The notes below the pieces were generated by a model, which made no database searches, was not told the origin of the DNA, and saw only the letters and a program-made list of their open reading frames with translations. A stretch of 64,000 bases of DNA from Phoronis australis. Taxonomy: Eukaryota > Animalia > Phoronida. The DNA lies in NCBI GenBank assembly GCA_002633005.1, contig NMRA01000092.1:417738-481737 (forward strand), in the 5' to 3' direction. Below, in pieces: positions 12,601-25,260 of this stretch. Both the position numbers and the translations under genes were made by a program. Every line of letters starts with the position of its first letter. Positions within the stretch are counted from its first letter, which is position 1.

Positions 12601-13930
12601 AGACTGACCAGTCAACGTTTTTACGTTTGAATTTGCGTAAAGCGGATCAACAACATTTTAAGCAAGAGGTGATGTAAGTAGAGATTCCATCATAATGATA
12701 TCAATCCAGTACAGCATCAAACGGACCAAACACCCCCCCCCCCTTAATGTTGGTTCATTATCTGACCCCTTGTCGTGATCCTAAAATTGAACCAGCTAAG
12801 AATGTTTATAGGTTCATCCAGGAATTTGAAAACCACAGAAATTCTTCACCTATTACACAAAATATGGCAAATACACATTTTGGTAGAAAATTCTGAAACT
12901 AAGAAAAATGAAAATTTATTGTTTGCATGGTTTGTATTGTATAGCTGAATTAAAATTAGACAACAAAATTTGCATTATTTTTGGAAAAGCAGCCTGTTAC
13001 TGAAAAAAAAGAAAACATGTTTCAGTTAACAAAATTAATTCAAAGACAAACACAGACAGTGCAGATACATTAAAAACTGAATGTTTGGAGCAGTGGGCTC
13101 TTCGTCACTGGTCTAAGGTAAAATGATACAGGCTGGAGCAATACAGGAATATAAGTTTTTTAATCTGCAACATCAATATTCTTCTTTTTATCCCTTTTAA
13201 TCTCCTATTTTAGTTGGTAACGGCAGCAACAATTTCCACCTTTATCAGAAAACCTGCACTTTTACATTTATTTAGAACAAAATACCTGTCCGGTAACTAA
13301 CAAATTACTGCACTTACTATTAATAAATTGTAAACTTTTTCTTACTTTTTTCCCATACTTATCAGTACCAATATTTTTCCACTTCACATAAATCATTAAT
13401 CACTGTATATCTTTTGCATAATACCATGACAAGAAACCAATGATTGTAAGTGTGGTGATGCACATGTTGCTACAAGGCAGGCACCTTACATCAAGCGGAA
13501 ACCAACTTATGATTTCCAACACCCAGTGCTTAGAGGAATCTAGTCTCACCTTGTTCCATACTCCCATGAGAAGTTGTTTCTGGGTTTACAGAGAACTGAC
13601 AGTTTAGTATTGCTCCAGATAAGCTTGGCGCATGAAATGTGACAAGCCAATTCGTAAAGCAATAACAATCTGACATTTCTTTTTCAAGCCTAGAATTCAT
13701 CTCTAATTTGAGTTGGAAACAAATTGAAATGAAAGTCATAACTGTAAGGAGTAATCAAAAGATTTTTATGCAAGGTGAGTTAACATACCACCACCCACTA
13801 CCACAGCATCGTATTCACTCTTTAATGTTCCAGAGGGCGAGGCACTTGCAATGGTTCTCACTGTTTCCAGCCTAGTTGGGCCAATGGAAGACAATGCCCT
13901 TCTACAAACAGAACCGCCACATTGGAACAT
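452..13930 (-). CDS. PYROXD2: Pyridine nucleotide-disulfide oxidoreductase domain-containing protein 2, whole gene span (3' partial); join 13930-13789, 12186-12167, 11607-11440, 10160-10002, 9643-9487, 8428-8269, 6988-6847, 6343-6209, 3025-2953, 605-452
   Basis: Ten exons with GT-AG boundaries and consistent phases give 436 codons. Recognisable PYROXD2 blocks: [71 protein letters not shown]. The C-terminal exons lie beyond position 1. Confidence 0.96.
762..968 (-). mobile_element. tRNA-derived SINE, copy 1
   Basis: Head GGAGGCAGTGTGGCCT with A-box-like and B-box-like (GGGTTCAAAGTC) motifs; aligns by eye along its length with 58547-58751. Confidence 0.75.
981..1928. mobile_element. Kolobok-type non-autonomous DNA transposon
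   Basis: TTAA at 977-980 and 1929-1932; termini GGTTATGCAGGAC / GTCCTACATACC are imperfect TIRs; internal inverted repeats at about 1275-1320 and 1770-1810. Confidence 0.65.
2953..3025 (-). CDS. PYROXD2: PYROXD2 exon ([24 protein letters not shown])
   Basis: 73 nt, ccag|GAT...AATG|gtaatt. Not represented in this frame in the ORF track; found from the SPVTKIN motif. Confidence 0.92.
3223..3310. repeat. Short palindromic MITE-like element
   Basis: TACAG..TCCCA..GAGAACCAGTT / AACTGGTTCTC..TGGGA..CTGTA; the same GAGAACCAGTT core recurs near 16065 and in 62705-62910. Confidence 0.5.
6209..6343 (-). CDS. PYROXD2: PYROXD2 exon (NVSNIMT...LDLLEK)
   Basis: 135 nt; contains [21 protein letters not shown]. 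Confidence 0.95.
6847..6988 (-). CDS. PYROXD2: PYROXD2 exon ([26 protein letters not shown]...IFTQM)
   Basis: 142 nt, ttcag|ATAT...ATG|gtatga. Confidence 0.95.
6983..7350. repeat. 41-bp minisatellite, about 9 copies
   Basis: The motif CAGTATAGCT (or a close variant) recurs at 7001, 7042, 7083, 7127, 7168, 7209, 7250, 7291 and 7332. Confidence 0.97.
8269..8428 (-). CDS. PYROXD2: PYROXD2 exon (LQRIGADV...MPGSG)
   Basis: 160 nt; contains [23 protein letters not shown]. Confidence 0.95.
9487..9643 (-). CDS. PYROXD2: PYROXD2 exon (MFEKYEHHL...ALGKS)
   Basis: 157 nt, cag|ATG...T|gtaagt. Confidence 0.93.
10002..10160 (-). CDS. PYROXD2: PYROXD2 exon ([11 protein letters not shown]...STRDAE)
   Basis: 159 nt with canonical splice sites; overlaps ORF 9948..10151. 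Confidence 0.95.
10604..10842 (+). repeat. Dispersed repeat, about 240 bp (second copy at 18058-18292)
   Basis: Shared blocks include GAATTCTCGCCTTCC, TATGGAGATTCACA.GTTAGCATCTGTC, TGAATACTTTATATTTTATA and CAATGCTGATTCAAGGAAGT. Confidence 0.85.
11440..11607 (-). CDS. PYROXD2: PYROXD2 exon (AAYLQKSG...IKDLELK)
   Basis: 168 nt, tag|GCT...AAG|gtattt; contains [26 protein letters not shown]. Confidence 0.95.
12167..12186 (-). CDS. PYROXD2: PYROXD2 20-nt micro-exon (GHNGLVA)
   Basis: gcag|GTCACAATGGTTTGGTTGCA|gtaagt completes the Rossmann motif with the correct phases. Confidence 0.93.
13789..13930 (-). CDS. PYROXD2: PYROXD2 coding exon 1 (MFQCGG...EYDAVVVGG)
   Basis: ATG at 13930, acceptor ttttcag at 13940-13941, donor G|gtatgt. 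The Arg/Ser-rich N-terminus resembles a mitochondrial presequence and is followed by the start of the FAD-binding GxGxxG motif. Confidence 0.92.
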
Positions 13931-16379
13931 TGCTGAAGTCTGAAAAGAGAATAGAACACCTGCACAGCACATTCAGAGCATGCAACCATTATTTTCGAGA
14001 GGGGAATTTCATCAATAGTGGAAAGGCATAATGTTGCGCATTATACAATGGCAGTGTGTTGTTCAAAAAAGTAAAAACTGGGCTTGAGAGCTCGAGGTTT
14101 TAAGTGATCTGTTGCTGATATGCCTGATGTAGCCAGCCTCGCTGTTTCAGGCTTGACTGCCAGTTTGAGAATCGTTTTGATTTGTTAATTACAGATAACT
14201 TGTGAAAATTTAACCTGTTCATAATACTGTGTTTTAGGAGTCAATAGCTTGATCGGAGTGCACGTGCCTTGAGAATTCTCTACACAAAAATTGCAGATTT
14301 TTGTATTTATTTGATGTATTTTGAGGTTCATCATCTATAGTTACTTTTCCACGATGGTTGTTTGTCATAATCGCACAAAAATAGATGTTGGTGTGGACCT
14401 GTGCTTTTTATCTTCACGGTGCTCACAAGTGACAAATATTGCTTACCGGCACGTTGTCGTCATGTCACCAAACTATTTGTGATGTCGCTGGACGTTTATG
14501 AGTCATCAACTGTCCCACAATGAATTTGTATGAAAGCGCAACACTTGGCGAAACTGAATAAAAATTTAGAGGGCAGGTACACGAAAAAACCAAGACCACA
14601 ATCAACCACGACTCTGACGACACAAATGCACAGTAAATGATAAACAATTAATTGTGCATCGCAGAACAGGGCTGAAGAAAAGACTGTCAATTCAAATCCG
14701 AGAAGAAAATCTCAAATAACTTAAGAACAATGAGCCATAGTAAGAAGCCAGTAATGCATTGCAGATAGCTCTTGAGAAGATCTATTAACAAATCAAATTT
14801 GAGAAGGTTCCATTCAAGGATGGCGGAGATAAAGCACCGCAAAGATTATTAAAAAATGGTCATCCAACATCACCCACAAACCAGAGCTCTCAAGCTATTG
14901 ACTAGAGTAAACATGATTGTACTTAAAATTTAAAATGTCAATCAGACAAAAAGTCTTATCCTAAGTGATACTAGAAATAAGTCAATACAAGAAGTGACCT
15001 GACAAATCTCAAATATCTCGAGAAACGGAAAGTTAAGTGAAGACAGCACTTGACAAGATTTATCCTTACATCGTTTTTCAGAAAGATCTGTCAAAGAATG
15101 CCACGAAAGTCTAATCAGTTATCGAGCTGTGATAAAAAATATCAAATAACTCAGGAGAAAAACAAAATTTGAACACTTCCGATTCCTTGAAATCATCTAC
15201 CTGTAGAAAACAATTCAGACAAATCGCACCAGAAACAGCTGAACTATGGCTCTGCAAACCACGAGTGAAAAATGGCCACCACAGCACCATCTTGAGTCTA
15301 ATTTCAACCAAAAACAACAGGCTTTGAGGCATATATTACACGGTATTCACCCTTGTGTAAATTCCACAATGATTGGATAAGAAATGCAACCTGTAGAGTG
15401 CTAACAAAGAAACAAACAAAACACAAACAAACAAACACATTTTACGACAAATCAAAAGACCTGGAGAAATTTCATTTCACCAAGTAAAAATGTCAGTACC
15501 GTCCAGACGAAATCTCATGAATTACATTAGACATTTACAATGCTATTAAGATGTCTACGAAAAACCAAAGAGGACAATTTTGGCAACTATTTTTGTCCAA
15601 AATTGGTGACATTTTACCGTAACCATAACAAGAATTAAACTGGTCATACTTTTGGCGCAGTTATTAATGAGATGTATTTATGCACAGGAGCTTATCTCCT
15701 TAGAACATGCCTCTCGAACACCATGTATGTAATAAAGGGAATACAGCTACCTGTGTAGATTCAGAATGAAATCCGCCAGAAGTTTTGCGATGTTCTCAAT
15801 CTCACCAACTGCGTGGTTGCGCTTGTCGATCGCAATATATCCTGTGAGTGATTGGCTGCTCCCTCACCTTCAACTGGGACCTGTGAGATCATTAAAAAAA
15901 CAATGGAACTGCATAATGAGCAAATTTCTTATGGATCGGAAAAAATGAGACCGACAATAGCATGTGTATGTGACAAAAAATAATTCAGAACTTCATACTT
16001 GGCCGCAAAATTTCATTTCACCAATTAAGTATAGACAATAACCCCTGTTATCCGGCAGTGTGTGAAACTGGTTCTCAAAATCAGCGAACGCAAAAGAGTT
16101 AGACAGTTACATCGTCCTGTAATGTCGCAGCCAGGGCTACGAGTTTAAAAAAGTGGTAGCCTTAAAATTACGGCTAAGCCGCTTAAGAGTTAGGTGCAAA
16201 TTACCATTCAGCTCAAGACGAACAACGTAAAAACAAATCAGCTGATCATGCAGAAAAGACAAGAACCGCATTCAATTCCAGTGTTGATTTCAAAATTAGG
16301 TACAAGTTTCGTACGCAGAACTTCTCCGATTTAGGTCGAAAGGGGAGGATTGGAACTCTGTTATATACAAACAGATTTA

Positions 16380-16930
16380 CATTTGTTTACTTACCTCAAA
16401 ACCACTAACGTGCGGTTTCAAGAAAATCGTGCTTTGGAAACCTTTGACCTATTAAAATCCAAGGTCATGGTCACTCTCTCGGATTCCCATTTCTGGCAGT
16501 TTTTTCATTATTTATTACTTACAAAACGTTTGAGGAAGTGCCTGCTACTTAATCAAACTTACCTGTCAATTAAAAGTCATGTAGCATTTTTAAGTCGCAT
16601 TCCTCTGAAATATATTGGCTCTCACTCGATGTCAAATTTTCCACATATTCTGTCATCTGATTGGCCAAAACTGCACACATCAAGCGAACCAAGTCAGAAG
16701 TAAAGTGTGTGTTTTAGAATTGAAAAATCGTTTGTAAACCTGGTTTTACGTCAGTGATCACGCACGAGAGCTATAGACGGTGAGTTGGGTTGTAGAACTA
16801 CGTCGTAAGTTTTTCGATTTAGTAGTTGTCCTGACCGGTTATTCTGCATTTGTTCACGCAAGGTAACACGGTAACAGGATTATGTTTCTAAAAATAGAAA
16901 ACGATCGCGACCGAAGTTGACCAAGCCGGT
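16380..16930. promoter_or_regulatory. Probable PYROXD2 promoter and non-coding first exon region, possibly bidirectional
   Basis: CpG-enriched, with ATTGG/CCAAT boxes near 16614 and 16660. Minus-strand donors (gtaagt) near 16393 and 16561; plus-strand donors near 16805 and 16863. Coding exon 1 begins with an acceptor, so an upstream exon is required. Confidence 0.5.
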
Positions 16931-17489
16931 GGCAATAGTCGTGCAACATAAACAATGGTAAAGTTATTTTTTTTGTACATAACTAGGCAATGTTACGTTT
17001 CACACATGTAAAACTAATACATGTGATCTGTATCCTATCACGAGAACGCATATTATAGAAAGCTAGTGATGCGGTTCTTGCTGGGAAACGTGGTTTTGTG
17101 TTGGACTATTCCAGCTATTGTAGATTAGACTACACCAGCACAACAGCCAGTTGACCATCAGCAGGATCAACACATTGATTGACTGCTTTGACCAATTGAC
17201 CTACTGTCCCATTTTTAACTCCTTTGTTCTTGAGCCTCTTGTTAAGAACAACTGTCAATCCCTTCGTAGGTCCTTGACATTGGTAAACTGTTGATTTAAT
17301 AATAAAAAGAGACTTTATTTTAAACCAGTGTTTACATTTTACTGTTTTATTGGAAACAACTTTGTGTCTTAGATATACCACCAACATGTTCTTCTCTACT
17401 AAAAGCAACTACTAGTATAGTGTTGATGTGTCAGAAAGATCGATTTTGCATCCTTGGGATATGACAGAGTTCAAACCTAACTTTAAAGA

Positions 17490-18292
17490 GGTGTAGAAAA
17501 ATCCATCAGTTAACGAGATTCAAACCCAAGATCTTCAGTTTGCGAGTCGAGCATCCTATCTCACTGGGTAGGTGGTTGCCCCTTGGCAAGCGATTTAGAA
17601 AGAGACTGCATTCGAGTGTTTTGTCAGTCAAAAATTTACAACGAACTCCTGTCGGATCTTGTGGAATGGAAGGGTGGGGAAGGGGGGGGGACTGCCTGGC
17701 ATAGTAGTATGGTGGAGTCCTGGAATTTCCCTTCATTGACACAAGGGTGTGTCCAGCAATTTGCCTTCAGCAGCTCACTCACCATGTTGGATTGTCTGCT
17801 AGGTCGACACTAGGGGTCAATGTCACTCCCATTCACTCATGGATATCGTCTTAGTTCAGGTGCCATTGTAGAAAAATCCACCCTGTGGGGACTTGAACCT
17901 GGTATCTTCGGTGTGTTACTGTCAACCGTCCAAACTGATCGGCCAATATGCTGTTGCCTATTGGCAATCGATAAGACACTGGATAAAACATTCCTGTTCT
18001 ACCCCTGAACAGGCGTGCCTCCTGGCTACCGATCTCTGCAACACTCTTAATATGCTGGAATTCTCGCCTTCCGCATTGATCGCTGTCCCATGCCGTGAGG
18101 TATGAAATAGCGGCACAGCTCCAATTACGGCAGGCTGGTCAGCAGCCATGCTTTCACTCCTATGGAGATTCACAAGTTAGCATCTGTCTGAATACTTTAT
18201 ATTTTATATCTTATTTATGTCATGCCGGGAAAGTATTACTGCTTTGCTGTGGGCTACAATGCTGATTCAAGGAAGTAGTATAAACTGGATGA
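17490..18292. repeat. Composite repeat: two tRNA-like cassettes 375 bp apart followed by the 10.6-kb repeat unit
   Basis: TGTAGAAAAATCCA at 17492 and 17867, each followed by a minus-strand B-box-like motif (GGTTTGAATC, GGTTCAAGTC) and GTTGCC..TTGGCAA.CG. Confidence 0.55.
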
Positions 18293-19333
18293 ATATCCAT
18301 CGATGCTTGATTTCTCATTTCAAATGAGTACCTCTTATTTCTTTGCTCTAATGATTCAAAATAAACATATAGATATACACCAGAGACAGAGAAGAAAAGA
18401 TGGAGGGCATTTCCGTGAAAAAAAAAGCAACCCAGAGACATAAAAAATGTTTTCACATAAACATTTCTGGTATCATCTGAAAGGCCAATCTAATGTCTGA
18501 ATTTTCTAGAACTTTCATTTTTATTATACGGACCAATTTGGGAGTGGGGCATGTTGATAATTCTTGTAATGTGAGAATTAATATTACCAATATTGTGCAC
18601 TCACACGAAGCCTACAAACTGAACTGAAGAATTCTAACCATAGATAGTTGGACCACATTTAGGGCTTGATTTGACAGCCTATAGGCCGCCAATGCGATGT
18701 CGGATTTTGTTTGGTAAAAATCCCAAGTTGCCACGAAGTTGCCACGCTCACATCCAGGTGTGCACTCAAAATACTGCAGGAAGTAAACGGGCGGGAACTG
18801 GAATTATTTGGCAAAAATTGGATGGGTCGTTCATGAGACATGCACAGGTAACGTGTGACGATCGTCTTTGGATGTGAGCCTGGGCGGAATATTGGTCCAA
18901 GGAGGAAATTGAATGTTACCGAGTACCCTAGACAATTTTCCATTCAACCGAAAACAATTTTAAAAACGTACTGGGTGATCTCGTGTGACCCAATGAACAT
19001 GTGTTGAGTTCACCAATTCTGCATTTCTTGTTTAATTCATTTTCAGCTGCTGCCAACTATTCATCTTTCATAGCATCCAGGACTTTCACAATCCCTCATA
19101 CAGACTAGTTTCCTTGTTTTGGTGACCTCATTTTCTGTTTGCCCACCTGGAAATTTGGAATTTTGTTAGGTCACATTTGGCGAGTTGATGTTCTGCAAAG
19201 CGTTGAGCCCTTTCCTCATATGTACACGTAAAACAACCATGAACTGATTGTTATTCTGGTCTTGGTGTTTGTAGACATGGTTAATTTTTAGAAAATGACA
19301 AGCAAAAAGTATTCATACAAAAAAATGCCTGAT

Positions 19334-20370
19334 GTAGGGGAAGTTCGGGTAAATTCGGACAAAACCACCTTAAGCTCGACTTGCTTACCTGCTACTGAAG
19401 GTTTATGTGTCAGCTAATAACATTAGACGAGTAATGGGATATCCGCAAATCATTTGAGAAACTAACCAAAGAGATTCTTCGTTACTAGTTCAGTTTCAAA
19501 GCCTTCGAATTTTAAGAATAATAACAATGGTCAAAATCGGGGAAATTTGGACGCAGATGGGGAAAGTCGGACAGAGTGTCGGGGAAATTCAGACCAGCAA
19601 ATTCTGAATAGGTAAAACCTGGACAAAATATATAACGGTACGTTATGATTTCAAAAAAACGACTTTAGGTATTATTTAGCAGTCTTATCTTGTGACAAAT
19701 AATAAAATTTAAGAAGCCATCATGTTCTGGCCTCATAAACAACGTAAAAGTGTGCCCATTCTTACCAATTTGTGTGCAGCCCACGTGGTTAACAGCGCCA
19801 TTGTTGTAGACAAATTAAGTTTTGAATTGACCTCGTAACAGAGGAGGTCATCACGTGATTACAAAAATCTATCAAGAAAACGTTAAGAAAATGTCTTGTA
19901 GCCTAAAAACAAACAAGTGTATCTGAATTTCCCCGCAGCATGCAAAAAGTTGGAGGGGAAATTCGGACACCTGTTTTTTGATTAAATCATGCTTTTTTGT
20001 TTGTTTTTCTATTGGAATTAACACATAGAACTGCATAGTGATGAATTATGCATCAAGTAAATTCAAGTTCATTTACATGACAAGTGACCAAGTGACCTAA
20101 ATAAAATTTGGAATAGACAGTGTACCTACCGCAGACTTTCGAAAGCACCACGCGAAGCAGACTTCAGAGCGACATAAGGTGCTGAACATGCCTCATATCT
20201 GTTGAAACTTTGTTGTAATTCAAGTGAGGTGATAAATAAATTCCTACTATTGTTCAAAGAAGTTTATTATCTTTTCATTAAGTGGTAAGGCATCTTGATT
20301 GTTAAATATTTGACGTTTATTTAGACTTGTCTGAATTTTACCACCGTCCAAGTTTCCCGGAACTACGGTA
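19334..20370. mobile_element. Non-autonomous Tc1/pogo-like DNA transposon remnant
   Basis: At least 7 copies of a GGGGAAATTCGGACA-like subterminal motif in both orientations; the right end reads ...CCCGGAACTACGGTA. Confidence 0.55.
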
Positions 20371-23174
20371 CCCCTACTCTGTAGTTTAAATAACAAGGTT
20401 CTAAATTGAGTACATGTTTAGATGCTGTTCTGCCTACGTGTTATTTCTAGTCAAACTTGCAATGTCGTTTTTTGCGTTGAAAAAGCCGATGCTGAGCATT
20501 TTCTAAATGGCAGCAATCTGTGACCTACTTTATATCTGTGACCTACTTCATTCCTCTTTTTTTACCACACCTCCACTGCCCGTTACCATGGTTGTGTTTT
20601 CAGTGTTTTGCGTGGCTTGTATTAAATTATTTCATGGAAAAGGATTTGCATCGTTTGGTTTTACATATTTCGGGCAAAACAAGTTGATCTCACAATCTTA
20701 TTTATTTGTACCTTTATGTATTGTGATGTGACCTTTCTGACCCCCTCTCTTTAAAATTTCAAATGATGTAAAAACCTGAATGAAAAGGTGTTAATCACAA
20801 ATGAGAACCAGCATCTAATAATTTCATTAGCTCAATATGGCATTTCTAAATTTAATGTAATTTGATGTCTTTGCCTTCATGCTACAAGGCAGCGCCTGTG
20901 TCTTTGACGGAAAAGTGAATGTCATAGGCTAATTAATCCATACTACTGGACACTTTGTTATGAGGTGATACTGGAGTCATCATTAACATGAGAATGCATC
21001 AGAACCATTAGCGATATGGCCAAGACAATAACATTAGGACGATTCCTAATTCAACAGGCAAATAATTGAATTGCATTTTTATTACAATGGTTATTTAGTA
21101 GTGTTTTGAACACTACTACTTCACATTTTGCTATTCAGGATAACCACATTTACTTATGAGCTTCAAATTTGTTTTCTACTTAACACATAAAGCTGCTTTC
21201 CTCAATGCCAGCAGGTGTATAATTCTCATTTTCATCCATGTTTTTATCATCTTTAAAAGGATGTGTGGGGGTGTAGGACGTTGTTTTACATATTTAATTA
21301 AATGTGTGGAAAAGTCAACATCCTGGTTCACTTCCCCAGCACTAGCTGGTGCCTGTGCGAGAGCATGAGTGCTTGGGGCTCACATTGCGGCAGTGAGAAT
21401 GTTTGGGGCTCACAATGCGGATGTAACAACTCTGAATTATTTAACCTGGAAACGATTAAATGGAAGCGATTACGAAGAATACTTGACTTTGAACAAAGTT
21501 CTGGCACAACACAGTGTTAGGAACAGCACGCAAAATCATAGTACGCAAAACTGTGTAACAATGCCTACTTTAAAACAAGTTCAGCCTGTGAATTCCCCAT
21601 GTTCTCTGACCTGTCAGTCTGGATGTGATGTTTGTGACCTTCATGCTGGGACATAGGGTTGGGAGAAATGGACTTTTTGCAAGATTTGTTGAAGACACAT
21701 AAAATAACAAAGTGGCAGTTTTTGTGTCGTAAGTCTAAGCAATTTCACCATGGGATAAGATTTAGGACCAAGCAGTGTTTAGGCATTATGGGCCCAGCCC
21801 TGTCAGAGCCTTTGTGGTTAGTTGCAGATTTCTGCTTAGAATATTACATAATATAGAGGTAAGGCTTTAGGGTTAGCAAAGGTGACCTGGCAAAATTCTT
21901 AGGTCTCACTAAACCTGAACTGAGGTTGCCAAATCTCAACACGACTTTAAAATGAAATATGTAAGGAAGTTACCGGAAGTAAAAATCCAGCAAAGTGGAG
22001 ATTCCGAGATCGGCCTGATGTTTTTTTGCGAAAAATATGAAGTAGTTTATGTGTTCAGAGACCCCCAATTTCACCCTTTGATCGAACAGTTCAGACTTTC
22101 GTCTGTTTACTTGTGGTAGTACTTGGGACTGTGTACTCAGATGTCAGGCTTGCCGACTTCGTGACAACGTGGGATTTTTACCAGGTTGCCAAACAAAATC
22201 TGAGGTCCTGTTGGTGACCTGCAAGCCCTGTAGAAGATATCTAAAATTTTTGTGTGTACATTCCACTAAATATAATTCCCAGGAAAATTACTGTTAAAAA
22301 GAATTTTGAAAAATCAAATTCTCTGCATACATCCGGCAGACGCCTTAAAGACGGTCTGGTCAAGCAGGCAACTGTTGACGCATGCATTGAAAGATATTAT
22401 GATATTAGTTATAATTGTTTGTGATTTCTTTTTGGCCTTTGCATGAAATAAAGTTTGCAATGAGCTGATCTGCAGTGCTGTCATTACCTTGCCTTTGTCA
22501 TTACATGTTTACGGCCAAATCTTCAGCATTTTTCACAGAAGGTATGATTGACCTTTGTTCTTCACTGCTGATTGCTGTTTCCCTGTCAATTGATTATGAA
22601 TGTGTACACATCCCCTCTTCCTGCCAGTTTGTTAGCGCCAGTCAGTTCAGACTGTGTTTAATCTTCGGTTGGTCATTGTGCTACAGGAATGCTGCATACA
22701 TAATTAATTAGCGTCAGGCAAACAGTTACATCATAGGTTATTGTCGATGAACGTTTTGATTAAAAAACGAATACTAAAACATTTAAAATTTTTAGATTTT
22801 CTTGTCTAAAGATCAGGGACTTGTTTAATGAATTAAAACTTTCTTTCTTAACTTAGGCCAAAATTGGGATAACTGAAGACCAGACCGTCTTAGCCCCGTT
22901 TCATGAAATTTCTTAAAACCGAAGCTAAGACTGAAAGTCACACTGCTGCAGAGGTATAGGCATAAGAATGGAATTTTGGTCTAAATGATATTGTTATCTT
23001 GCTGAAGCTGGGTGCAACTGTACCTATTTACAAGGATGTTCTAATGGCAATTTTGATGGTTATTTTAATTGCCGTTTCAACATATCAATTAAGGTCCCAA
23101 CTTTAACTATTTTGATTGCCTGCTTATAGTGGATTTTAATTGGCGAATGTTGAATGAAATTATGGATCGTCTAC

Positions 23175-23567
23175 CTGCACAGTCTACCCTAGAACAACTA
23201 CAAATGCACTACTGCAACTTACCCCACTTTTAAGTGTAGCGTCCACTCACACATATCAGATAACTAGGGTAAGGCGAAAGTTGTTACTCTGTACGTGACA
23301 ATGAAACCTAATGCGAGTAAGGCGCCTAAAAGAAAGTCTGTCTGGATGTAACCTCAGCTAATTACTTCCGGCTTAACCCAGGTTTGCGGCCACTCGAAGT
23401 AGCGCAAGTTTCCCTGCAACAAGTAACCCCACCTTGATAAGGTGGAGTAAGTTGTCACAAATCGGATAAGTTGTACTAGTCTAAATAGCATCTACATAGC
23501 CAAACCTAGTGACAACTCGTTCCAGGAGTAACTTGTTCTAGGGTAAGTGTGTGTGGACGGCACTTAA
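23175..23567. mobile_element. MITE with inverted ends
   Basis: TACCCTAGAACAA / TTGTTCTAGGGTA and TTAAGTG..CGTCCAC.CACAC / GTGTGTGTGGACGGCACTTAA. Confidence 0.55.
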
Positions 23568-24359
23568 CAATTTGCATTTATTCTTGTGCACATGATGCAT
23601 TGCATTTACTAAAAAACTTAAGAAACAGTTGACTATGCGGCATTTGGTAAGACTTCCCTCGTGTCCAAGACATAACATACGGTAAAAATTCCTGAATTTA
23701 AGACAGCGAAAAAATAATTTTTTTGAACCTGTCCGAAATTCAAGAAATATGAGGAAGACGGCAAAATCGACGGTCTCCGTAATCTTAGAATTTATGCAGT
23801 AGGCTGCCTACAATGTTTCGATTTGTGGTTTTAGACCGTTTGAACAGCCGCTCAGATTTGTGATCGTTATTCCTGTCAAAAAATTCACACGATGTCCTCA
23901 AAAACATAAACAGAAGTTATTGACTCTGAACACAATCGACTTACTGACCTTTGTGATTGAAAGTATATTTGTTGTTGAACACGCTTGGACTCATTATTCG
24001 CAAGATCCATTGGTGCTCAACGTCTTCACGTTAAATTGTTCACAAATCAAATACAGACGACGTGACTGCAGTATATTTAACCCTGGTTTGTTTCTGGGGC
24101 AGCGCGTGCGACATACTTATGAGTCACCTGTCATTCAAGCAGACCACCAAAACACCATTCCCGCCAACTAGATACGTGCAAATAAGGTCCCCGTGATCTT
24201 AGCTCGATTATGTATCCAGGCATTTATTTGGCAATGGGGCTGTTCAGAGAATTCTCACGGTGTCGCTGTTGTACTTGTGGTGATTGAATTGCGCATGCGT
24301 TGCTGTCTGCATGTAAACAGCTGGTAAAAAACAGAATTGTTATCAAAATACGTCATCGC

Positions 24360-25260
24360 GCTAAGCGTTATTATTGCTATTTTCCATGGTGCAAGTCTTC
24401 GACTGGTGGTTGCAAATTCCCAAAAGACCTAAGATTACTGCATTCGTGGAGAATTGCGGTCAAAAGGGTCAACCAACTGACAAAAAGTGTGTGGATGCCG
24501 AAGCCCCGTGTGTGCTCTATGCATTTCCATTGGGAGACTACATAACGTTACTTAGTAAGTTTTTAGCAATCAGTTTCTATTGACAACATTCGGTGATGTT
24601 ATCCCCACCAGTTACCCACTGGATAATGGGTTTATTGAGTGGAACAAAGTGTTTCTTTTTGGAAACTCAACTGGGACTCGGATGCTGGGTAGGCTAGCAG
24701 TACATATTCACATATTGTCCTTGGTGGGAGTGCGCACCATATAAGAGGTGTATGATACGTGACGTTCAAAAGTCAAGGGTGACTTTTTCACAGCAGTTTC
24801 TCTTCAAAGCTATGCTATGTCCATTAAAATTCTATAGATGAGTGAGTTTCCTTATTTTATAGCGAACCCCACCCCCAGGACTACCAGATTAGTTACCGAA
24901 TTAACATGAATAAGCTATTCAGTAAATGTTGTAATATTGCATTGGAATAAAAATTGACTCCTAAAATGAATTTTACTTTTCGAGATCAGAAGCACATTTT
25001 AGGTGTCATGAAAAATACACATTGTTAAATCACTTTTAGCCTGTTTCACATATTTTAATTCAGATCTTAAATAAGACTTGGGTACAAAGATTATGAGTTT
25101 CTACATATAAACATGAAGATGAACCGTCAAGTATGTTCTGCCTTACAAAAGCAGTTTTGTCTTGTGTTTTCTTTTATAATTTACTAATATTTCTCTGACT
25201 ATTCTGTTACAGGTGAGAGAAAACAACTGAAACCAGCTGCCTGATCGTCTATTTTACCTT
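24360..25260 (+). pseudogene. THAP zinc-finger transposase N-terminus remnant (2 exons: about 24360-24554 and 25213-25260)
   Basis: CYFPWC...FPKD...W...VCSMHF, donor gtaagt at 24555, acceptor at 25212, then ERKQLKPAA*SSIL, a decayed AVPTIF box. Contains a frameshift and a stop. Confidence 0.8.

Noticed and set aside
21369-21421. Short direct repeat TTGGGGCTCACA.TGCGG x2 within a 95-aa ORF
   Set aside because: A local 30-bp duplication; the ORF has a non-ATG start and no homology cues.
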